A DNA stretch of 56,962 nt from a virus: positions 1-56,962 of the IMG/VR virus record IMGVR_UViG_3300045988_070064; one strand, given 5' to 3'. Positions 1 to 7,807 of this stretch are shown piece after piece (position 1 is the first letter of the stretch; each line of letters begins with the position of its first letter). The notes beneath the pieces are model-generated. The model had not been told where the DNA came from. It did not search any database and saw nothing but the letters and a program-made list of their open reading frames with translations. A program made the translations under genes and the position numbers.

Positions 1-55
1 AGGTATAATATTATGGCAGAATACACAGCAATAGCATTACAGAGTGTCGCACAAG
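1..55. repeat. Terminal overlap copy 1 (circular-assembly signature)
   Basis: nt 1-55 are identical to 56908-56962; identity ends exactly at the contig end. Confidence 0.95.
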
Positions 56-435
56 GCGAAGACGTAGCATTTACAGAGACGGCGACAAATGGTTCAAACT
101 GTATCGTACACAGAAACGGATCTGGCATTGTCAAACTCCGTGGAATTACAAACCAGTGCAGAGCAAGATTCCTTGCTAATTTTTCTGGAAACATTCAGAT
201 TCCTACCGGTGGAACAGTTGAAGCAATTTCCATTGCTTTGGCAGTTGATGGGGAGCCTTTGCAGGCTACGAAGATGATTGTTACTCCTGCGGCGGTTGAA
301 AATTTCTGGAATGTTTCGGCGCAGGTTTATATCGACGTACCAAAAGGTTGTTGCAGCACTGTAGCGGTACAGAACACTTCCGGACAGACAATTGAAGTTC
401 AGAATAGCAATCTTACAGTTGTTAGAGTTGCGTAG
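13..435 (+). CDS. BclA C-terminal-domain-like (C1q/TNF-like jelly-roll) protein
   Basis: GGAGG RBS 7 nt upstream (also seen at 56906-56910 before the repeated ATG); 140-aa beta-rich protein whose layout resembles exosporium BclA C-terminal domains (from memory). Confidence 0.45.
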   Translation: MAEYTAIALQSVAQGEDVAFTETATNGSNCIVHRNGSGIVKLRGITNQCRARFLANFSGNIQIPTGGTVEAISIALAVDGEPLQATKMIVTPAAVENFWNVSAQVYIDVPKGCCSTVAVQNTSGQTIEVQNSNLTVVRVA

Positions 436-447
436 GAGGTGGACGAT

Positions 448-1092
448 ATGGATATCAAAAGAATGCACTGCATGATTGAAAAAATTTCAAAATGTGCTGA
501 TGAGCAGTTGGAGCATGGTGTTGAAATGGCTGATACAGAGGAAATGGGAAAAGTCATAGACATGATGAAAGACTTATCAGAAGCCATGTACTACAGAACG
601 TTGACAAAAGCAATGGATGAATCAGATCCAGAAGAAGTTTTGGAAATGTTCGAACGTTATGGAGACGGCGGCAGAAGATACTACGACCATTATCGCTATG
701 CAAATGGCAGATTTGCCCCGAAAGGTTCCGGCACATATCAAAGAGGATATGACGAACCGCCATATTACCACATGACACCGGAAAAGTACCATGAAATGGA
801 AAAAATGCGTGACATGGACAGAGATAAGCATGGCAGAATGTACTACACGGAACCGTCTGGTAATATACACATGAACGAAAGCAATTACGACCGAACAAAA
901 CGCAATTACACAGAAACAAAAGAATTGCATAAGTCAAATACTCCGGAAGACAAAGAGCATAACATGAAATCTCTGGAAACATACATGACAGAACTTGCAA
1001 GAGATGTTTCCGGGATGGTAAATAATATGTCACAAGAGGAAAAAGCACTCACAAAGACAAAACTTACGGCTCTTGTAAATAAGATTCAGTAA
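448..1092 (+). CDS. Hypothetical protein (acidic, Tyr/His/Met-rich)
   Basis: ATG at 448 lies 8 nt after AGGAGG (434-439); the track start GTG 439 overlaps the RBS. Confidence 0.75.
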   Translation: MDIKRMHCMIEKISKCADEQLEHGVEMADTEEMGKVIDMMKDLSEAMYYRTLTKAMDESDPEEVLEMFERYGDGGRRYYDHYRYANGRFAPKGSGTYQRGYDEPPYYHMTPEKYHEMEKMRDMDRDKHGRMYYTEPSGNIHMNESNYDRTKRNYTETKELHKSNTPEDKEHNMKSLETYMTELARDVSGMVNNMSQEEKALTKTKLTALVNKIQ

Positions 1093-1141
1093 ACTATCGG
1101 CTGGGGATAGAAATGTCTCCAGCCTTTTTAGGAGGGATATT

Positions 1142-1459
1142 ATGTTTATTATAAACGGCATTTTATGGAATTTGATTTTTGTAAATTCAAACGATGAAAG
1201 ATTGATTCGCTCTGACGGCTTATATTCGCTTGCAGTGACCGATTGGAATGAAAAGAGTATATTTGTATCAAAAAATCCTAAAGGATCTTATTTGCGTAAA
1301 ATAATCGCTCACGAACTATGCCACGCATTCTGCTTTTCATTTGGTGTACATATGCCAATGGAGCAGGAAGAGTATTTGGCTGACTGGATCAGTATTTATG
1401 GCACAGATTTGATTTATCTGCTTGATGATATCATGGTTAGTATGAAGAAAGGGGAATGA
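1142..1459 (+). CDS. Small HExxH zinc-metallopeptidase-like protein
   Basis: AHELCH motif in a 105-aa protein; GGAGGG RBS at 1130-1135. Confidence 0.55.
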   Translation: MFIINGILWNLIFVNSNDERLIRSDGLYSLAVTDWNEKSIFVSKNPKGSYLRKIIAHELCHAFCFSFGVHMPMEQEEYLADWISIYGTDLIYLLDDIMVSMKKGE

Positions 1460-1596
1460 CTTTGAAAGAATTAAATTTTATTTTGGAATACATAAAAAGG
1501 ACGAATCCAGAGATTACAGAGGAAAAATTACAGAAAATTCTCAAAAATTCAAATAAGTATCTTGTCTCTGCGCTTGCAATAATTTCTAAAAAGTGA
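1456..1596 (+). CDS. Small ORF (46 aa), translationally coupled
   Basis: ATGA start/stop overlap with the upstream gene; below the track cutoff; MTLKELNFILEYIKRTNPEITEEKLQKILK... Confidence 0.45.
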   Translation: MTLKELNFILEYIKRTNPEITEEKLQKILKNSNKYLVSALAIISKK

Positions 1597-1633
1597 TAAA
1601 ATTTTACAAAATATTTAGAAAAGGGATGATTCT

Positions 1634-1945
1634 ATGGAATTGAAAAAGGGCAGAAACAAAATTACAATCAAAGAATACCAAGAAATCAGGTATATCTTTG
1701 ATATTGGAGAGGAAAACGTAAACCATAAAGAAACGTTAAACATACTTGACAAAATGCTAAACGGAAAAAAAATCGAGGAAAAACTAGTGGTTTCCAAGTT
1801 TCGAGACAAATATTGTGTCTTCAGCGGAAACAAAACATTTATAGCCATAAACGACCTTTTGGACTATGGCTTAAAACGCATACCAATTTTTGATAAAGAA
1901 AAAATTTTTGGCTATGAAATTACCATTATGGTTGAATATAATTGA
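1634..1945 (+). CDS. Hypothetical protein
   Basis: 103-aa ORF; AAAGGGATGA RBS-like purine run upstream. Confidence 0.6.
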   Translation: MELKKGRNKITIKEYQEIRYIFDIGEENVNHKETLNILDKMLNGKKIEEKLVVSKFRDKYCVFSGNKTFIAINDLLDYGLKRIPIFDKEKIFGYEITIMVEYN

Positions 1946-1952
1946 TTTCTGG

Positions 1953-1981
1953 TTGACAAAATTATGAAAATATGGTAAAAT
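1953..1981 (+). promoter_or_regulatory. Sigma-A-type promoter
   Basis: TTGACA (1953-1958), 17-nt spacer ending TGG, TAAAAT (1976-1981). Confidence 0.6.
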
Positions 1982-2013
1982 TGTGTAAAAATTTTATATG
2001 GGAGGATTTCATT

Positions 2014-2823
2014 ATGGCAATGATTAAATGTCCAGAATGCAAAAACAAAATAAGTAGTACGGCAAGAGAATGTCCTAAATGTGGTTGTGTAATATCTGAA
2101 AATGAAAAAAGAGATCTTATTGAAAAGACAAATAAAAGCAAAAAGAAAAAGAAAATAGTGTTTTTTACTATATTTTTTGTTTTTTTGTTGTCTTTTGTCT
2201 TTGGCGGTTTATTTTTACATCAAAACAAAATTAAACAGGAACAAGAAAAAATTAAACAAGAACAAGTAAAAAAAGATTTAGAAGAAAAACAAAAACAAGA
2301 AAAATTGGAAAATCATAAAAAATACCTCATAACAACGATGGACTTTTTGCTTGGTTCTCAAGATTTTATAAATTTGCTTGCACAAAAAGGTTACATTATA
2401 AGTAAAACGTGGAATAATGCGATATGGGAAACAAAAGACAAGTCAACAAACAAATATACAATGAAAAATGGAAAATTTGTAGATTTTAATACCGCAGTAG
2501 ATAAATGCGTAAAAACGGAATTTTCAAAGAAAAAGTTTGTTAAAAAAGCAAATGAATTTTTGGATTATTACGAAAAAATAAAAACTTTTTCTTTACAAAG
2601 TGAATATGTTGAAAAATATGGTGAATATGATTCTTGGGTGCGCGAACTATCCGAAAGTATAAACACATACTATACATTTTTGCTATCGCCAGCCGGTAAT
2701 TATTCCGAATTTTCCGACAATGAAAATGCGTATTTCTTAGAAATAAAGAATATTTCAAATAAACTTCCAGATGGATGGAAAGACATAGTAACTGAATATT
2801 CTGAATATAAAAGAAATAAATAA
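2014..2823 (+). CDS. Zinc-ribbon, single-pass membrane, coiled-coil protein
   Basis: ATG 2014 after GGGAGGA; CPECKN...CPKCGC ribbon, poly-Lys, hydrophobic FFTIFFVFLLSFVFGGLFL, then a KQEQEK repeat. Confidence 0.7.
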   Translation: MAMIKCPECKNKISSTARECPKCGCVISENEKRDLIEKTNKSKKKKKIVFFTIFFVFLLSFVFGGLFLHQNKIKQEQEKIKQEQVKKDLEEKQKQEKLENHKKYLITTMDFLLGSQDFINLLAQKGYIISKTWNNAIWETKDKSTNKYTMKNGKFVDFNTAVDKCVKTEFSKKKFVKKANEFLDYYEKIKTFSLQSEYVEKYGEYDSWVRELSESINTYYTFLLSPAGNYSEFSDNENAYFLEIKNISNKLPDGWKDIVTEYSEYKRNK

Positions 2824-2853
2824 GTTTTATAAACAATTTAACCAATTTGCTTT

Positions 2854-2880
2854 GGCAGCCTTATCTGGCTGCCTTTTTTA
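2854..2880 (+). terminator. Rho-independent terminator
   Basis: GGCAGCC/GGCTGCC stem followed by TTTTTT. Confidence 0.75.
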
Positions 2881-2899
2881 ATTTTTTTTCAAAAAGTGC

Positions 2900-2953
2900 T
2901 TGACTTTGTACTGACAAAATGATATATTGAAAATGTACAAAATGTCAGTACAA
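2900..2953 (+). promoter_or_regulatory. Promoter with dyad operator upstream of the CopG-like gene
   Basis: TTGACT (2900-2905), 17 nt, TATATT (2923-2928); perfect 11-bp inverted repeat TTGTACTGACA (2906-2916) / TGTCAGTACAA (2943-2953). Confidence 0.6.
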
Positions 2954-2972
2954 TTTGAAAGGAGTTGATAAA

Positions 2973-3149
2973 ATGGCACCTTTGAAAGGGCAAAAAATTA
3001 AAGACAATCCAAAAGACACACGCATACAGATAAGGTTGGATAAAGAAAGTCTTGACAAATTAGATTGTCTGGTTACTGAACAAAATTCCGATAGATCAAA
3101 GGTAATTCGACGAGGAATAGAAATTCAGTATGAAGAGAGAAACAAATAA
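2973..3149 (+). CDS. Ribbon-helix-helix (CopG/MetJ-type) DNA-binding protein
   Basis: ATG 2973 after GAAAGGAG; RIQIRLDKESLDKLDCLV...RSKVIRRGI fits a beta-strand plus two helices. Confidence 0.65.
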   Translation: MAPLKGQKIKDNPKDTRIQIRLDKESLDKLDCLVTEQNSDRSKVIRRGIEIQYEERNK

Positions 3150-3277
3150 AAAGAGCAATCGCCATACGTGGAAAGTAGACACGATTACTCTTAACACCAA
3201 TCCGAAAGGAATTGATAATTCTATTCTATCAGTTTCTTTCGGAATGTCAAGAAGTTTTTAGAAAGGAATGATAGTGT

Positions 3278-3487
3278 ATGACAAAGAAAGACAGAATGGA
3301 ACTGGAAACACTTAGAAACGGCAGAAAGAATCAGTTGAGAGGGATTATATCTCAATTGTCATCTGAAACAGAGAATGAAAGCATTTTGCGTGCCATTGCT
3401 ATTACTTTGGCTACAACGCAGGACAAAGCATTGAAAGATGAAAGAGATGTTTATTCTATTATTGAGAAAGGCGGTGTAGCATTATGA
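3278..3487 (+). CDS. Hypothetical protein
   Basis: 69-aa ORF; stop overlaps the next start (ATGA). Confidence 0.6.
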   Translation: MTKKDRMELETLRNGRKNQLRGIISQLSSETENESILRAIAITLATTQDKALKDERDVYSIIEKGGVAL

Positions 3488-4233
3488 ATGGAATGGTTAC
3501 TATAGAATCTACAGAAATGCAGATAAAAGAATATAACGGGCAACGTGTAGTTACGTTCAAGGATATTGATAGGGTACACCAAAAGAAAAGCGATACCGCA
3601 AAGAAGGCTTTCCAAAAACATAAAAAGTATTTTGAACTTGGCACTGACTACTATGAGATAACAAGAAAAGAGTTAGGGGAACGATATTCCCCTAACGAAA
3701 AAATCATTGGAAATCCAAACATGAGTACATACTTGTTTACTGAAAGCGGGTATTTAATGCTTGTAAAAGTATTCACAGATGATTTGGCTTGGAAAGTACA
3801 AAGGCAGTTGGTAAATTCTTATTTCCACGGAAAAGAAGATAAGAACCCATTGGCGCAGATTCCGGACATACACAGTTACGCAAAGCCAGTTTTTCATACA
3901 AGCAGTACAAAAGTGCCGAGGAATGCTAGTTGGTACGAAAGAAACCGACGCAGGATGAATTACTTGGCACAACGTAGCCAAAGGCAAACAAAAGATGTTT
4001 ACCATCACATACTGAAACGGCTCGGAGAAGAATTTGACTTGGATGCCGCTAAAGAAATATATACAAGAGAAAACGGCTATCCACCAAAGTATGCAATGGA
4101 TGTCGTTAGTTACTTCCCAGAACTTGCTGAACTCGCAGAAATTCATCTTGGCATCATGGAAAAGACAACGGAGAAGTCGATAAGAGACGCAAGGAGAGCA
4201 AGAGAATCAAGGGAAGAAATGGAAAACCAGTAA
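3484..4233 (+). CDS. ORF6N-domain (antirepressor-like) protein
   Basis: IKEYNGQRVVTFKDIDRVH...KKYFELGTDYYEI matches my memory of ORF6N N-terminal domains. Confidence 0.6.
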   Translation: MNGMVTIESTEMQIKEYNGQRVVTFKDIDRVHQKKSDTAKKAFQKHKKYFELGTDYYEITRKELGERYSPNEKIIGNPNMSTYLFTESGYLMLVKVFTDDLAWKVQRQLVNSYFHGKEDKNPLAQIPDIHSYAKPVFHTSSTKVPRNASWYERNRRRMNYLAQRSQRQTKDVYHHILKRLGEEFDLDAAKEIYTRENGYPPKYAMDVVSYFPELAELAEIHLGIMEKTTEKSIRDARRARESREEMENQ

Positions 4234-4240
4234 AATTTAA

Positions 4241-4270
4241 GGCAGGATCCTAAAATGGATTCTGCCTTTT
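4241..4270. terminator. Terminator hairpin between convergent units
   Basis: 10-bp stem GGCAGGATCC/GGATTCTGCC (one G-T pair), then TTTT. Confidence 0.7.
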
Positions 4271-4298
4271 CCAATTTTTCGAATACGAATTTCGTACG

Positions 4299-4380
4299 CG
4301 CAAAAAAATTTTGCAAAGAAAAAATAACCCCCCTAGGGTATAAACAATCTGAAATTTCAGAACGAGAAAAATTCACAATT
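4299..4380. repeat. Imperfect direct repeat, copy A
   Basis: Core ATTTTGCAAAGAAAAAATAACCCCCCTAGGGTA (4308-4340) matches 5265-5297 at 28/33 positions; second shared core ...TTCACAATT. Confidence 0.8.
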
Positions 4381-4431
4381 CCGATATCTCGATTTTTTAG
4401 TCAGTTTTTCAGAAAATCTAAAAAGTGAAAT

Positions 4432-4878
4432 TCAATCGTCCAATTCCGGCATGATCTGGCGCGCGCGAACTTCTATCATGTGCCGCGTCTCCAAGTCCAG
4501 CGACTGGAACGTCGGGACCATCCCAAAAGATAGCACTATAACAAGCGCGGCAAATGCGTTTGCGTCTATCTCCAGCCTTTGCCGATTATATGCGGTTATT
4601 CCGATTTCTTCGGCGGTTTTATAGCCGCCAAGCCAGTATTTTTCATTGGTTATATACTGCCAAAGGTGGCGAAGTTCATGCGCTACGGCAAAATAATAGT
4701 CTTGCTCTGTCTCCATCCGGTCGCATAAATACAATGTTGGCACGTTCTTTTTAATCTCCAACACTGCCATCCTTGTATTATTTTCGAATACGCGAAAATC
4801 GTCCGAAATGTTCGGGACTGGAATTTCCAGAACATCGCAAACCTCGCCTATAAACTCTTTTAAGTCGTCATTTATCAT
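4432..4878 (-). CDS. ImmA/IrrE-like HExxH metallopeptidase
   Basis: AHELRHLWQ plus downstream EIDANAFAA, typical of ImmA/IrrE; ATG at 4878 preferred over the TTG at 4923. Confidence 0.6.
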   Translation of the reverse strand: MINDDLKEFIGEVCDVLEIPVPNISDDFRVFENNTRMAVLEIKKNVPTLYLCDRMETEQDYYFAVAHELRHLWQYITNEKYWLGGYKTAEEIGITAYNRQRLEIDANAFAALVIVLSFGMVPTFQSLDLETRHMIEVRARQIMPELDD

Positions 4879-4950
4879 TTTATACCTACTTTCGGCACTT
4901 ATAGGCACGATCAGCGATGCCAAACGTGCCTATAATACTTATTTATTATT

Positions 4951-5235
4951 TTATTTAAACGGACTATGAGCGCTTCTATTGGCACCCTCAATCATTCTTT
5001 TTGCTTCCATTTTGGCAAATTCATTATCTAATAATTTGGCACAAAAATCAAAGTTGCCAATATTATAGATTTTATGGATCTGTTCTCCTGCTCTCACAAA
5101 AGTTGCGATCCCTTGAATCGCTTCCGACTTTACGCCTTTTTCTGATATAGATACAACGTTTTCAATATCAAAACTTACCCAAATTCCGTTGACTGTTACA
5201 CCGTTAATATGCATATTCTGCGCTTCTGTTCTCAT
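4951..5235 (-). CDS. Hypothetical protein (partner of the ImmA-like gene)
   Basis: ATG 5235 lies 9 nt after AAAGG; ATG 5244 is an alternative start. Confidence 0.6.
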   Translation of the reverse strand: MRTEAQNMHINGVTVNGIWVSFDIENVVSISEKGVKSEAIQGIATFVRAGEQIHKIYNIGNFDFCAKLLDNEFAKMEAKRMIEGANRSAHSPFK

Positions 5236-5258
5236 AAATATCATCCTTTCTTTACTCG

Positions 5259-5338
5259 CTGCAAATTTTGCAACGAAATTTTAACCCCCCTGGGGTAGTT
5301 TTCTTTCCTGATTTCAAACCGAAAAAAGTTCACAATTT
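5259..5338. repeat. Imperfect direct repeat, copy B
   Basis: ATTTTGCAACGAAATTTTAACCCCCCTGGGGTA (5265-5297) and ...GTTCACAATTT; see copy A. Confidence 0.8.
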
Positions 5339-5477
5339 CAAAAATTGCGTTTTCTTGTTCGGTTTTTTTAATTGCTACCAGAAGAAACCCAACCGGCAAA
5401 GATTGAGCCGATCGACTGGAGCCTTTCGGGGCATGGTTCTTCATGCCCTAAGTATACCACATTTGGCATACTTTTAC

Positions 5478-5511
5478 AAGCCAAAAGGGCGGATTTGCCG
5501 CCATTTGGCTT
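5478..5511 (-). terminator. Long hairpin at the 3' end of the minus-strand gene
   Basis: AAGCCAAA/TTTGGCTT plus GGCGG/CCGCC helices; no clear U-run on the minus strand. Confidence 0.35.
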
Positions 5512-5950
5512 ATTTTCTGACTTTGGAAATTTCATTTGCAATTATTCCTTGTTCAATGAAATTTCGCAAAACGCCCTCGCCCAGATGCTCGATATAGTAT
5601 TGCGTCAATGTCTGCGTGTCAAAAGATTCTAGCGCGCTTCCGATCTCGGCGTATATATGTGGTCCTTTGTCTCGGTTCTTAATAGCGGCATCAATTGGAT
5701 TTTTTGGCTCTTCTTCCTCTACCTCTTTGACTGCTACAAGTCTATCTACTCGCATTGTCCGGGTGTACTCGGTTCCCGTCTCATCTGAGACAATGAGACA
5801 TTTAACACTCTTTCCGCTCTTGGTAGGCTCAACTTTTTTTATTGTTTCGGTAAAACCGAAATTCCAAACAGTCACCATTCCCGGCTTGAGATCTCCCGCC
5901 GGTATCGCTTTTTGTGGGGAGTGGATCCCCTGCAATTTTATATTTGCCAT
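5510..5950 (-). CDS. Hypothetical protein
   Basis: 146-aa ORF; no motif recognised. Confidence 0.65.
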   Translation of the reverse strand: MANIKLQGIHSPQKAIPAGDLKPGMVTVWNFGFTETIKKVEPTKSGKSVKCLIVSDETGTEYTRTMRVDRLVAVKEVEEEEPKNPIDAAIKNRDKGPHIYAEIGSALESFDTQTLTQYYIEHLGEGVLRNFIEQGIIANEISKVRK

Positions 5951-6030
5951 AATAATCGCCTTTCTAGCCTATCTCATCAGCACCGGGAGGCTATCCCGCG
6001 GCGGACGCTCCGGAGAGCGTTTCGAAATTA

Positions 6031-6231
6031 TTATTTGACCGGATAAATCCGCTCTTCGTTGAATTTTGCTTCAACAAAGAATCTTTGTTGATTTTCCAGC
6101 GGCATACATTTCACAATGAAATCCTCCGCGTCTTGCGGATATGCAAAATCCGCTACAATGACGCTATGCGCCTTTATTCTGTGTGTCAAGTCCTCGGCTA
6201 CGTCGTAGCCTACACTATAATTTTTCTCCAT
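6031..6231 (-). CDS. Hypothetical protein
   Basis: 66-aa ORF; its GGAGG RBS overlaps the stop of the upstream small ORF. Confidence 0.6.
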   Translation of the reverse strand: MEKNYSVGYDVAEDLTHRIKAHSVIVADFAYPQDAEDFIVKCMPLENQQRFFVEAKFNEERIYPVK

Positions 6232-6243
6232 AATAATTACCTC

Positions 6244-6360
6244 CTATTTTTCAACCGGAACAACGACGATCCCGGAGTTATTCATTTTTTTAACTTCTGC
6301 TGCGGTCAATTCCTCGGTTCCGATCTGGAAGCCGCCAATATAAATTTTATATGTTTTCAT
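6244..6360 (-). CDS. Small ORF (38 aa)
   Basis: GGAAAGGAG RBS, then ATG at 6360; MKTYKIYIGGFQIGTEELTAAEVKKMNNSGIVVVPVEK; below the track cutoff. Confidence 0.5.
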   Translation of the reverse strand: MKTYKIYIGGFQIGTEELTAAEVKKMNNSGIVVVPVEK

Positions 6361-6392
6361 TTTCAAGATCTCCTTTCCTTTGATCTATAACC

Positions 6393-6423
6393 ATTGTACA
6401 CTAATTTTAGTGAATTGTCAATA
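6393..6423 (-). promoter_or_regulatory. Leftward promoter with intrinsic dyad operator
   Basis: On the minus strand: TTGACA, 17 nt containing CACTAA..TTAGTG, then TACAAT; 6397-6423 is the exact reverse complement of 6781-6807. Confidence 0.7.
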
Positions 6424-6451
6424 GAAAAACACTATTTTTCGTGAAAAAATA

Positions 6452-6480
6452 TTGACTTTTTTTTTACGTTGCTTTATAAT
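6452..6480 (+). promoter_or_regulatory. Promoter of the XRE-type gene
   Basis: TTGACT (6452-6457), 17 nt, TATAAT (6475-6480). Confidence 0.65.
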
Positions 6481-6508
6481 AAGAAAAAAAATAAAAGGAG
6501 GCGCAAAA

Positions 6509-6763
6509 ATGCTAGAATATAAAATTGATGTAATTAAGGAACTCGCAAATATTGGGATCAATTCCAACGTGGCGCGCACGTCCGGAATATTTGGACAATC
6601 GACAATGGCTAAATTTAAGAAGGGCGATACTTCTATCACTCTTGATAATTTGAATCGGCTTTGTTGCGTTCTGGAAATGCAGCCGCGCGACGTTTTAAAG
6701 TTCGTCGAAACAGATCAAGACAGAGCCGAGATCATTTCCAAAATACCAAATAAAAAAGTTTGA
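6509..6763 (+). CDS. XRE/Cro-type helix-turn-helix regulator
   Basis: ATG 6509 after AAAGGAGG; ...NVARTSGIFGQSTMAKFKKGD..ITLDNLNRLCCVLEMQPRDVL is a typical HTH_XRE layout. Confidence 0.7.
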   Translation: MLEYKIDVIKELANIGINSNVARTSGIFGQSTMAKFKKGDTSITLDNLNRLCCVLEMQPRDVLKFVETDQDRAEIISKIPNKKV

Positions 6764-6780
6764 TTTTTTTTAAATTTAGG

Positions 6781-6811
6781 TATTGACAATTCACTAAAAT
6801 TAGTGTATGCT
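6781..6811 (+). promoter_or_regulatory. Rightward promoter, mirror copy of 6393-6423
   Basis: TTGACA (6783-6788), 17 nt with CACTAA-AA-TTAGTG dyad (6792-6805), TATGCT (6806-6811). Confidence 0.7.
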
Positions 6812-6867
6812 GAATATATCAAATAAAGAAAGGCGTGCCGCAGAGATCGGCGCGGATGGTGGTAATT

Positions 6868-7200
6868 ATGAAATCATTTAAAATTTATGCAGAACTTGGA
6901 AGCAATCCAGATACAGAACATTTTAAAGAGTTCATGAAATCGGTTGAGAACCGAATCAATAACGATTCGGAAATTATCGCGAGAGCAAAAGCCGGAAATG
7001 CGGAGTTTGCTAAAAAAATAAGCGAAATTTTAGCAAATGAAGAAAATTCGGAATTCATCGGCGGCATGATTGCGGAATTGCAGAAAAAACATCCAAGATA
7101 TTCTTATATCAAAGGATTAGAATTTGACGGGCGGGAGTATGAAGCAGAAATTGACGAATTAGAGCGCAAGTTCTATTTGCATGATGTCGGCAAAAAATAA
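6868..7200 (+). CDS. Hypothetical protein
   Basis: ATG 6868 after GGTGG; 110 aa. Confidence 0.6.
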   Translation: MKSFKIYAELGSNPDTEHFKEFMKSVENRINNDSEIIARAKAGNAEFAKKISEILANEENSEFIGGMIAELQKKHPRYSYIKGLEFDGREYEAEIDELERKFYLHDVGKK

Positions 7201-7227
7201 TTTTTGGATTCCAAAACAGATAAAAAG

Positions 7228-7251
7228 GACCGTTTCGGCGGTCTTTTTTTA
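7228..7251 (+). terminator. Rho-independent terminator
   Basis: GACCG/CGGTC stem followed by TTTTTTT. Confidence 0.7.
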
Positions 7252-7293
7252 TTGCCTAAAATTGGAAAAATTAAATGGGGCAAATTCAGCAAC

Positions 7294-7461
7294 TTAACAA
7301 ACAGAATTACAATCATTTAACGAGCAGAATTACAAACAGAAAAGCACCGCCAAAGTACCGACTTTTAGCGGTTTCCAGACAATGGGAAATTGCAATTTAA
7401 CAAACAGAAATGCAATCAAATCACAAACAGAAATGCAATCAGATTACAAACAGAACGAAAG
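7294..7461. repeat. Iteron array (5 copies of the ACAAACAGAA core)
   Basis: Cores at 7297, 7332, 7400, 7423, 7446; the last three are 23 bp apart and carry ACAAACAGAAATGCAATCA twice. Confidence 0.85.
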
Positions 7462-7536
7462 AAAATGAGAAAAAGAAAAGAAAGAAGCAAAGAAAAGAAT
7501 AAAGAGCAAAAGAAAGATATAAAAAGAAGTGAAGAA
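7452..7536 (+). repeat. Polypurine (A/G) tract
   Basis: About 85 nt of almost pure A/G on the + strand with only a handful of pyrimidines. Confidence 0.8.
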
Positions 7537-7539
7537 TAT

Positions 7540-7582
7540 ATATTATATAATAACCTTGAAAAGCTCGGTTATTATATAATAT
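7540..7582. repeat. Perfect 16-bp AT-rich inverted repeat
   Basis: ATATTATATAATAACC (7540-7555) / GGTTATTATATAATAT (7567-7582), 11-nt spacer; followed by GTCGGG-caaa-CCCGAC hairpin. Confidence 0.85.
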
Positions 7583-7650
7583 TTGTCGGGCAAACCCGAC
7601 CGCGGCAGACCGCACCCAAATAAATTTTTTTAAAAAAATAAAATTTTTCA

Positions 7651-7681
7651 TTGACAAATGAGCAAAAAAGGGGTCTATTAA
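7651..7681 (+). promoter_or_regulatory. Possible promoter of the packaging operon
   Basis: TTGACA (7651-7656), but only weak -10 candidates (TATTAA at 19-nt spacing). Confidence 0.3.
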
Positions 7682-7807
7682 AAGTATAGGACAACACAAG
7701 CCGACCAGATCAGACCAAAGCGGACGAGGTTGGATAAGATAGATCAGATCAGACAGAGCCGGGCAGAATCAACGGACTGTGCTGGAATCATTCAGGAGGT
7801 GGCTAAT

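Noticed and set aside
4143-5444. Two minus-strand ORFs (4143-4376 and 5241-5444) sharing the peptide YPRGV..SLQN
   Set aside because: The shared peptide is just the translation of the duplicated DNA repeat. Neither ORF has an RBS, and one runs through a terminator hairpin.
7294-7461. CRISPR array or ToxI-like RNA antitoxin repeats
   Set aside because: The repeats are short (10-19 nt cores), irregularly spaced and lack unique spacers. No cas or toxN-like gene is adjacent.
7390-7699. 77-aa (+) and 86-aa (-) ORFs across the iteron/polypurine tract
   Set aside because: They are low-complexity Lys/Glu/Arg or Phe/Leu translations of the purine tract. They have a non-ATG start and no RBS.
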